Below are positions 57,186-64,000 of a stretch of DNA of 64,000 bases, one piece after another. Source of the stretch: Bacillota bacterium (GTDB lineage: Bacteria; Bacillota; Sulfobacillia; RBS10-35; JAJYVN01); NCBI GenBank assembly GCA_021803205.1, contig JAJZMB010000162.1, forward strand, positions 20,718-84,717, given 5' to 3'. The notes beneath the pieces are model-generated. The model worked only from the letters and a program-made list of their open reading frames with translations. It was not told the DNA's origin and searched no databases. The position numbers and the translations under genes are program-made. Numbering within the stretch: position 1 is the first letter of the stretch; each line of letters opens with the position of its first letter.

Positions 57186-60155
57186 CTACGCCCCGGGGAA
57201 CATGTCCGTGATTTCCAGGGGGGCGGTGCCCAATGCGCGATTGCCCTCTTCGAGCATCCGCCGGCTTGCCACCACGCAGACGGCGCTCCGTGGAAGCCCC
57301 GCCTCCAGTACCGCCAGTAGGGCCTGCTCCACCGACTCCGGCTTGGCGCCCAGCATGGCCTGGTGCCGGGCGTCGCGCATCTCCGGGGTGAGGCCGGCGA
57401 TGTGGCGCTGCAGCGCCGAGCCCGTGGCCTCGGCGGGACGGATCGGCCGTTCCCCCTCCTTGAGGGTAGAGATGATCGCCCGGTCCACGTCTGTCTGAGT
57501 CCAACCGGCGCCGACGACATAGTCCCGGACCGCGGCAAACACCTGCAGGGTGCGCGCCACATGCGGATCCTGCCAGGAGAGCAGCGACATATCCCCGCCG
57601 AGGGCGTCGTAGGAGCAGGATCCCCCGTAGGCGGTCCCTCTGAAGCGGATCTCAGGCCGCACATACTCCACGGTGAGGAGGTGGGCGCCGACGGTGAGCA
57701 GGGGGGAGTCGGGATGCGCGTAAGCTGGTGCAGGGAATACCTGTGCCGAGTACGCGACCTGCAGCGGGGCGGCAAGCCCCGTCCGGTCGGGCGGCTCCGC
57801 GGGGCGTGGGTCGGACGCGTCGGGCACACCCTTGCCGAGGCGCCCGGCCCATCGCCGCAAGGCTTGGCGCACCGAGTCACAGGCGATGGCCGAACCGGTG
57901 AAGCTCGCCACCAGGCGCCCGGACGCCGGTAGAGCGTCCCGAATGCGCTCGACCTCCCCCATGACCCGGGTGTACTCGGTCTCGAAGTCCTTGTTCAGGC
58001 GCTCCAGCAGGTGCAACTGGGAGACGCCGCCCACCAGTTCCCCCAGGTAACCCTCCGTGCTGAGCGAGCGTGCGGCGTGGCGCACGGCTGTCGCCGTTGC
58101 CCCGTTGACCAGTCCGGTGCGCGTGCCGGCCAGGGATTGGGCGAGCACGACCCGCAGTCGTTCCCGGTCGCGCGGATCCGTGGCAAAGAGGAGATCCTCA
58201 AGCACCCCGAGGGCATCCTCGATCTGATCGTCGAGCGCCTTGAGGGTGAACCGCAACCGCCGGAGGCTTGCCGCACTGGCTCCGGCCGACCGCCCGAGCA
58301 CGGGCCAGCACAGGATCCCGCCGGTGGATGCGGCGACGCGGCCTGCAACGTGCTCATAGTCCATGCCGGCGGCGCCAAGCTTGTGCACGGACTCCAGGTA
58401 GCGGGGCACGTACGGCCATTGCTCGACGGTCAAGGCGGTGGCCTCGAGATCGAGCATCAGGTAGTTCACGCCATTGGTGAAGAGGTCGTTGCGCAGCAAC
58501 TCCACGCCCGGAGCGGGGCGTTCGACCGAGGTGGGGATGTGGCGGGGACGGCGCGGGACGTCCGCGACCCGGAGTTGGGGCAACAGAGCTATCGCCTCGG
58601 GCGGATTGGGCGTGCCTGAGCCGCGTTCCACATCGGCCGAGACGGCCGCGATGCGTCGCACCTCCTCGTCGCTCAGACGGGCACGGACCCGAGCCATCTT
58701 GGCGTTGAACGCCGCTGTGGCGCGCGCCTCACAGTCGTCGCTCGGTCGCAGCACCGTCAGGAGCCGGTGAGGGTTGTCGAGGAGCCGCTCCCGGATCAGG
58801 CGGTTGAAGAGTGACGGATCACGGCGATAGTGCTCCTGGCACGCTTCAAGGTGCGGGCGCATCGACGCGAATGCCAGCGGGTCCGCGCCCAGGCGCCACG
58901 GTCCGAGCACTCGCCAACCCAGGTGCAGGGGGAAGTGGGACTGAATCTCCAGGTGGCCGTATGCCGCTTGGTGAAACGCGGCTTCGACGCGTTCGCGGGG
59001 GATCTCCGCCTGGGCGATGGCGCGCAGCGTTTCGAGCACGAGACGCTCGAAACGGTCGGCGCGGTCCGGCTCGCTCCCCTTCAGTCCGACCTGGTAGATC
59101 CCCTCGGGCCCCACCGCGCGGTAGCCCGTATGGTGAGGCGCCTGCCCAAGTTTGGAGTCCACAAGGGCCTTGCGCAGTGGAGCCGCCTCATTGCCGTCCA
59201 GGATCCAGTCCAATACCTCGAAGGCCATGTCCTCTTGGGGATCGATCGCCTCGGCGGCCAGCCACTGCAGGAGCAGATATGTCTTTTCGGCGAGGGGCTC
59301 TCCCTCCCCGATCTGATACTCGTCTTGTACGCGTCGGGGCGTGGCCCAGCGGATCTGGCGCCCGACTGTGGCATCGTTCGGGCGGTGCTCGAACTCCTGG
59401 AGGCGTTCTGCCAGGAACGCCAGGTGCTCAGTGAGCGGGATGTCTCCATAGGTGAAGAAGTAGGCCTCGCTGGGATGGTAATATGTCTGGTAGAAGCGGC
59501 GCAGGTCTTCGAAGGTCAGGTCCGGGATGGCGTCCGGTCGCCCGCCCGAATCCCGGGCGTAGATGGTGTCGGGTAGAAGGGCTCTCTGAGAGCGGTTGGC
59601 AAGTATCACATCCGGACGCGAGTAGTAGCCCTTCATTTCGTTGTACACAATGCCGGTCTCGGTCAGGGCGCCGGAGGGATCCAACGGGTCGGCGGGCGTC
59701 AGGCGGTGGCCCTCGCGAAGGAACGTTTCCTCCGTGAGCAGCGGATGAAACACGGCATCGAAATACACGTCGACCAAGTTGAACAGGTCCTGTTTGACCG
59801 TACTGGCCACCGGATAGGTTGTGTAATCTGGTCCGGTCATGGCGTTGATGAAGGTGCCCATACTCATCTTCAGCATTTCGAAGAACGGCTCCCGGACGGG
59901 AAAGCGGCGCGAGCCGCCAAGCACCGAGTGCTCCAGGATGTGCGGCGCGCCGGAATCATCCCACGGGACTGTCGGCAGCGTCACGGAAAACAGGTTTTCG
60001 TTGTCCTCCGCCTGGATGTGTATCAGACGGGCGCCGCTGCGCCGATGTACGACGCGATAGGCCACCGCGCGTAAATTCGGGAGCGGCGTGATCGCCTGCA
60101 CCTCGAAGCCGTGCACAACACGTCCGGTCTGCAGGGCGGCGTCAGGTATGACCAT
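57186..60155 (-). CDS. M16C-family (presequence-protease-like) zinc metallopeptidase
   Basis: The inverted zinc motif HILEHSVLGGS is present. The protein has about 990 aa. An M16C-associated middle domain is present. The ATG at 60155 has the RBS GAGAGGAG. Confidence 0.7.
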   Translation of the reverse strand: MVIPDAALQTGRVVHGFEVQAITPLPNLRAVAYRVVHRRSGARLIHIQAEDNENLFSVTLPTVPWDDSGAPHILEHSVLGGSRRFPVREPFFEMLKMSMGTFINAMTGPDYTTYPVASTVKQDLFNLVDVYFDAVFHPLLTEETFLREGHRLTPADPLDPSGALTETGIVYNEMKGYYSRPDVILANRSQRALLPDTIYARDSGGRPDAIPDLTFEDLRRFYQTYYHPSEAYFFTYGDIPLTEHLAFLAERLQEFEHRPNDATVGRQIRWATPRRVQDEYQIGEGEPLAEKTYLLLQWLAAEAIDPQEDMAFEVLDWILDGNEAAPLRKALVDSKLGQAPHHTGYRAVGPEGIYQVGLKGSEPDRADRFERLVLETLRAIAQAEIPRERVEAAFHQAAYGHLEIQSHFPLHLGWRVLGPWRLGADPLAFASMRPHLEACQEHYRRDPSLFNRLIRERLLDNPHRLLTVLRPSDDCEARATAAFNAKMARVRARLSDEEVRRIAAVSADVERGSGTPNPPEAIALLPQLRVADVPRRPRHIPTSVERPAPGVELLRNDLFTNGVNYLMLDLEATALTVEQWPYVPRYLESVHKLGAAGMDYEHVAGRVAASTGGILCWPVLGRSAGASAASLRRLRFTLKALDDQIEDALGVLEDLLFATDPRDRERLRVVLAQSLAGTRTGLVNGATATAVRHAARSLSTEGYLGELVGGVSQLHLLERLNKDFETEYTRVMGEVERIRDALPASGRLVASFTGSAIACDSVRQALRRWAGRLGKGVPDASDPRPAEPPDRTGLAAPLQVAYSAQVFPAPAYAHPDSPLLTVGAHLLTVEYVRPEIRFRGTAYGGSCSYDALGGDMSLLSWQDPHVARTLQVFAAVRDYVVGAGWTQTDVDRAIISTLKEGERPIRPAEATGSALQRHIAGLTPEMRDARHQAMLGAKPESVEQALLAVLEAGLPRSAVCVVASRRMLEEGNRALGTAPLEITDMFPGA

Positions 60156-60326
60156 CCCTGTATGCTCCTCTCTCACCGGAGGCGCAGCGCGGCTCCGGTC
60201 ATCGTCTGATCCCAGTATCGCCCAACAATGGCTGCTGCTGTCGCCCGCGGCCGGTTCCGCCATTCAGGCGGCGGCCCGCCACCTCCGCAGCGGGTATGAG
60301 GAGTCGGCGCCTGCGAGCTTCCGCAG

Positions 60327-60926
60327 CTATCCTCTCCCCGCAACGAGTTCCTCCGTCTCCCGGCGCAGACCGCACGCCGAGCTCAAAGTGGCCTGCAGGC
60401 GCCGCTCCGCCGCCGCGCGAAACGCTTCATCCCTGATCAGGCCGAGGTTGACGCGGACATTCGTCTCAGCGGCAGAGAGCGCCGCCTCGGCGAGTTGTGC
60501 GGAGACGATGACGTCGCTCAGGACGTTCCGGTTGCCCGCACGAGCCAACGGTGCAGTAAGCCTGAGGATCTGGAGCGCCGTGTCCGCCAGGTCGAGCGGC
60601 ACTGCCACCGCGGCCCGCAGGGCCTCCTGGATGGCCGCGCGCCGCCGTGCCTTGGTCTCCGCACTGTCTTTGGGAAGCGCGTAGGCTGCGGCCACGCGGC
60701 TGAACGCCTCGGCGTCGGCATCGGCCAGGGTCAGGCAGCGCCGTATCAGGGCGGACTCTGTCCCCTCGGCAATCTCCAGGGGTCCCGGGGTGAAGTTGTG
60801 GACCATCTGAGCGCAGGCCGCGCCCAAGGCGCCGACCACAGCCCCCGCGGCCCCACCGCCCGGGGCCGGCAGACGCGAGCCGAGATCCTCGAGGAAGGCA
60901 CCAATGGTCATGTCGGCGAACGCCAT
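60327..60926 (-). CDS. formiminotransferase-cyclodeaminase-type cyclodeaminase / methenyl-THF cyclohydrolase (FTCD_C) family protein
   Basis: It is an all-helical 199-aa protein. MAFADMTIGAFLEDLGSRLPAPGGGAAGAVVGALGAA matches the FTCD_C N-terminus. Confidence 0.55.
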   Translation of the reverse strand: MAFADMTIGAFLEDLGSRLPAPGGGAAGAVVGALGAACAQMVHNFTPGPLEIAEGTESALIRRCLTLADADAEAFSRVAAAYALPKDSAETKARRRAAIQEALRAAVAVPLDLADTALQILRLTAPLARAGNRNVLSDVIVSAQLAEAALSAAETNVRVNLGLIRDEAFRAAAERRLQATLSSACGLRRETEELVAGRG

Positions 60927-60992
60927 ACCGTTATCCAGCTCCCCTTCGTTCCGAATCCGGGCCCTGCCGGGCCCGGCCTCCGGTCGGCACCG

Positions 60993-61877
60993 TCACTGCC
61001 GGACGGAGGTGGTGCGCGCGTCATCCGCGGCGGCGCGTAGCACGTTCTGCAGGAGCAGGGCGGTGGTGACGGGTCCAACGCCGCCGGGCACCGGAGAGAT
61101 GGCCCCGGCCACCTCCGCCGCCTCGGCGAAGGCCACGTCCCCGACGGTCCGGCCGGAGACGAAATTCGTGCCGACATCCACGACGGTGGAACCGGGCTTG
61201 ATCATCGCCCCTCGTACCAATCCGGCGCGGCCAGCGGCGGCGATCAGAATGTCGGCGTGCCGGGTATGCTCCGCCAGGTCGCGCGTTTTGCTGTGGCAGA
61301 TGGTCACCGTGGCGTCCCGCTGCAGCAGGAGAAAGGCTGCGGGCCGGCCGACGACGGTGCTGCGCCCGATCACCACCGCCTCCCGCCCGGCGACGGGAAT
61401 CCTGTGGTGTTCGAGGAGGGTGATCGCCGCGAGGGCCGTGGCGGATACGAAGCGCGGGGTGCCCAGTGCCAACAGGCCCTGAGAGGCGGGGCTCGTCCCG
61501 TCCACGTCCTTGTTCGGAGAGATTGCGGCCAGAAGGGAGTGTGCTTTGAACTGCGGCGCAACCGGCTGTTCAAGTATGATGCCGTGGACCGAGGGATCGG
61601 TATTGAGCTGTATGATCAACTGCAGGAGTCCCTCCTGCTGCATGGCCGGGTTGAAGGCAAAGACCCGCACGTCGATGCCGAGGGCCTGGGCGCGGTCGCG
61701 CTTGCGCTCCAGGTACTGCAGCGCGGCGGGATCTCCGCTGGCGTCGACTACGGCCAGCGTCGGGACCACTCCGCCCGCTCGCAGCACCTGCGCCTGTGCC
61801 TTCAACTCAAGGTGCAGGCTGCGGGCCAAGGCCTTGCCGTCGAGGATACGTGCAGGCAACTGAACACCTCCGAGCAT
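60993..61877 (-). CDS. folD: bifunctional methylenetetrahydrofolate dehydrogenase/cyclohydrolase
   Basis: ILDGKALA ... VPTLAVV ... LPAD ... GRSTVVGRPAA ... ATVTICHSKT ... PVPGGVGPVTTA are FolD motifs. Confidence 0.75.
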   Translation of the reverse strand: MLGGVQLPARILDGKALARSLHLELKAQAQVLRAGGVVPTLAVVDASGDPAALQYLERKRDRAQALGIDVRVFAFNPAMQQEGLLQLIIQLNTDPSVHGIILEQPVAPQFKAHSLLAAISPNKDVDGTSPASQGLLALGTPRFVSATALAAITLLEHHRIPVAGREAVVIGRSTVVGRPAAFLLLQRDATVTICHSKTRDLAEHTRHADILIAAAGRAGLVRGAMIKPGSTVVDVGTNFVSGRTVGDVAFAEAAEVAGAISPVPGGVGPVTTALLLQNVLRAAADDARTTSVRQ

Positions 61878-62191
61878 GGGGGGCGCAATGCAAAACGTCC
61901 GGCACGCCGTGGTGGTGCGCCGGTCGCAACGAATCCCCGAGGCGTATTCTTCCACAGATGCTTCCGGCGGGAAAGCGGGCCCGCCGCGGTTGGTCCGTAG
62001 CGGTGGGTTGGCACGGGTCTTCGCAGGGCGCGGCACCGTGCAGACGTACACTTCCGCAACGGCCCCACGGACGGAGCCGACTCCAGCGGACGGTCGGTCC
62101 CGCGGTTGCCCCGCCTGCTGCTGTTGCCGACAGGCGACGCACAAGGCCGCGAGCGCCCCGTGCCGGCCACTGGCTGCGCGGGGAGGCGTCC

Positions 62192-62605
62192 CTACCCGTC
62201 TGCCCGAAGTCCCCCGTGCCCCAGCGGCGCCGTCGCGGTCCGCGCTCCCAGCCGGTTGGCCGCGATGCGCAGGATTTTCTCCAGGTCGAAGGGCTTGCCG
62301 ACCACCCCCTGGATGTAGTGTCGCGGAGGGTAGTCCTCATCCAGCATCGATCCCGACATCACGTAGATATGGATGTCTTCCCCGTGTCCCCCGTCGCGTA
62401 TCCGACGGACGAACTCCGCGCCCGACAGGTCTCCCATGCGTAGATCCACGAAGATGAGCCTCGGCCGGAATCCGGCCCGCATGGCCTGCAGGCATGCCTG
62501 GGCCGAGGTGAAGGAGCACGCGCCGTAGCCTTCGTCCGTGAGCACCTCGGTCAGGAGTTCACATAGAATATCCTCGTCGTCCACTATGGCGATTTCCGCG
62601 CTCAC
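62192..62605 (-). CDS. single-domain (CheY-like) response regulator
   Basis: The receiver domain (IAIVDDEDIL ... FVDLRMGDLSG ... YVMSG ... GKPFD) has no output domain. The GTG start has the RBS GGGAGGG. An AT-rich promoter region lies upstream (62650-62790). Confidence 0.7.
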   Translation of the reverse strand: MSAEIAIVDDEDILCELLTEVLTDEGYGACSFTSAQACLQAMRAGFRPRLIFVDLRMGDLSGAEFVRRIRDGGHGEDIHIYVMSGSMLDEDYPPRHYIQGVVGKPFDLEKILRIAANRLGARTATAPLGHGGLRADG

Positions 62606-62794
62606 TGTGGTGTTCCCTCCCTTGGCAGGGGGGAGCGTCCATATCGTCCACCCGTGTCCCTACTTCGTAAACCCTTGCGGCATAAGACATTCACGGAAGT
62701 AACACAGTAAAAAAGTGTATTCCCTTCACTCCGTATGCGCCAACCGTATGCATTTTTGGTAGCCAAACAGCAATGGAACATGGTGCACGAGAGT

Positions 62795-63550
62795 CTATGT
62801 AAGCGCATTAATGCCTCCTGACACCGCAACGCGGTCGCCTGGACCGAACGTCGCGGACAGACCGAGCAGTAACCAGAGGTCGGCGAAATGATGCGGAGGC
62901 GCCGCGAGAGCCGCCAGCCCAGCGAGATCGGCATCCAGCGTTACCAGTTTTGCTGCGGCTGCGGCTGCGGCTGTGCGCATCCCGCGTCCCTTCCCACGTG
63001 GAGTCATCGCCGCGGGCGCAGGTAGATAGCTACCTGCCGATCCCGCGTGCCCTCGCGCCAAATCCGCAAAATCAATCAGCGTCCGCAGGGTGCTGGTGAC
63101 CCCCTCCCGTGTCACCTCACGCAAGGGGGCAGGTGAATTAGTGACCATCCACTCGGACAGCGAATACCGCAAGAGCGCATCCAGATCACCAGTGGGGTGC
63201 GCGGACCAAGCGGAACGCACCACCGGCTCGGCCGCAATGCGCATGGCGGTGTCAGTCACCGGCGGCAACCGCCACACCCAGTGCTCCACAGCCGAGGCGT
63301 CCAGCATTGCGCGGTACTCGGCGTCCGTCCGCTCCAGCCCCAACCCTTGTGCAACCGCCAAAAATGTAAATAGATCGTGCCGCTGTGGGGGCAGGTTCTG
63401 GCCATGCTCCCACATGTTTATCAGTTTTTCAGAAATAACAGGAACAGGCATGGGTTGGGGCTGGTCTGGGGCCATTCGAGCCGCCAGGGCACGCGGCGAC
63501 AAATCGCGCGCCAGCCGGGCACGCCGAAGCAACACCCCAAATCGTCTCAT
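62795..63550 (-). CDS. XRE-family HTH transcriptional regulator (repressor-like)
   Basis: MRRFGVLLRRARLARDLSPRALAARM is an HTH_XRE. The RBS GGAGG is 10 nt upstream. It is divergent from an excisionase-like gene. Confidence 0.5.
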   Translation of the reverse strand: MRRFGVLLRRARLARDLSPRALAARMAPDQPQPMPVPVISEKLINMWEHGQNLPPQRHDLFTFLAVAQGLGLERTDAEYRAMLDASAVEHWVWRLPPVTDTAMRIAAEPVVRSAWSAHPTGDLDALLRYSLSEWMVTNSPAPLREVTREGVTSTLRTLIDFADLARGHAGSAGSYLPAPAAMTPRGKGRGMRTAAAAAAAKLVTLDADLAGLAALAAPPHHFADLWLLLGLSATFGPGDRVAVSGGINALT

Positions 63551-63655
63551 CGCGCAACACCTCCACTTATCCGCACATACTCTACTCTAAATCGCGCCCA
63601 GGGGCACTTGCGCACACCCCACGACGGGAGTATACTCTACTCGGAGGTGGATGAG

Positions 63656-63853
63656 GTGAGCGACGAGTCGCCGAAATGGCTCCGCGTCATTGATTTTGCT
63701 CGTGAATATCGCGTCAATCCCGCTACCGTGTATCGCGGCATCCGCGACGGGACGATCCCCGCAATCCGGGTAGGTCGCCTACTCCGCATCCCGACCGGGG
63801 TCCACCACGTAGCAGCGGATCGGTCGGGGGCCACCGATGCGGACGCACGGTGA
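63656..63853 (+). CDS. excisionase/MerR-superfamily HTH_17 DNA-binding protein (66 aa)
   Basis: GTG start with GGAGG 8 nt upstream. WLRVIDFAREYRVNPATVYRGIRDGTIPAIRVGRLLRIP matches the excisionase-family helix-turn-helix. Confidence 0.45.
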   Translation: MSDESPKWLRVIDFAREYRVNPATVYRGIRDGTIPAIRVGRLLRIPTGVHHVAADRSGATDADAR

Positions 63854-63981
63854 ACGCATATACACCAGTGACGTGCTCGCCGTCAAGGCCCACCGGCCCG
63901 CGGCACGGCAGGTCAGTCTGGTGTGATCCCTGGGAGTGGGAGGGCTCAGGAGTTTCGGAGGAGGAAAGAACAATGAAGGTT

Positions 63982-64000
63982 GTTGTCAGGATCACCCCAG
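63982..64000 (+). CDS. start of an unidentified gene (MKVVVRI...), truncated by the window end
   Basis: The RBS GGAGGAGGAAAG is 6 nt upstream of the ATG. The local GC is lower than the genome average. Confidence 0.25.

Overview
This 64 kb window is high-GC (roughly 70%) and densely coding. Gene order matches a Bacillus/Clostridia-type chromosome backbone: acpS-nnr, alr, tsaE-tsaB-rimI ... tsaD, recO, glyQ-glyS, dnaG-sigA, a Fur-family regulator with a VIT1 transporter, CCA-adding enzyme, a family-4 uracil-DNA glycosylase, folD, glpD, an M16 peptidase and an alpha/beta-type SASP with a perfect RBS. From that I infer a high-GC endospore-forming Firmicute (Symbiobacterium-like); this is inference, not a database result. 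I found no rRNA or tRNA genes and no CRISPR array. Several things stand out on top of the backbone. (1) An all-minus-strand accessory island of about 10.4 kb is inserted into the otherwise conserved tsaE-tsaB-rimI/tsaD operon. It carries a two-component system, a phosphodiester-glycosidase-domain protein, a GT2 plus GT39 (PMT/ArnT-like) glycosyltransferase pair, an L-arabinose-isomerase-family gene and a low-GC spacer. (2) A MITE-like element of about 170-185 bp with roughly 30 bp terminal inverted repeats occurs three times. (3) A second conserved intergenic motif of about 90 nt occurs twice. (4) One protein fuses a VOC/glyoxalase domain to a stand-alone sigma-70 region-4 domain that is very similar to this genome's own SigA region 4. 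(5) A class-E-like sortase with a long C-terminal extension is preceded by a candidate substrate gene whose signal peptide and IPKTG sorting signal are separated by an in-frame TAA. (6) A creatininase-family gene is broken by several frameshifts, and its start overlaps the stop of an SDR gene as ATGA. (7) A probable integrative-element boundary (XRE repressor divergent from an excisionase-like HTH gene, direct repeats, falling GC) sits at the 3' end of the window. Many long ORFs in the six-frame track are antisense shadows of real genes, as expected at this GC content, and I rejected them. Nearly all gene starts are uncertain because GTG and TTG starts are frequent.
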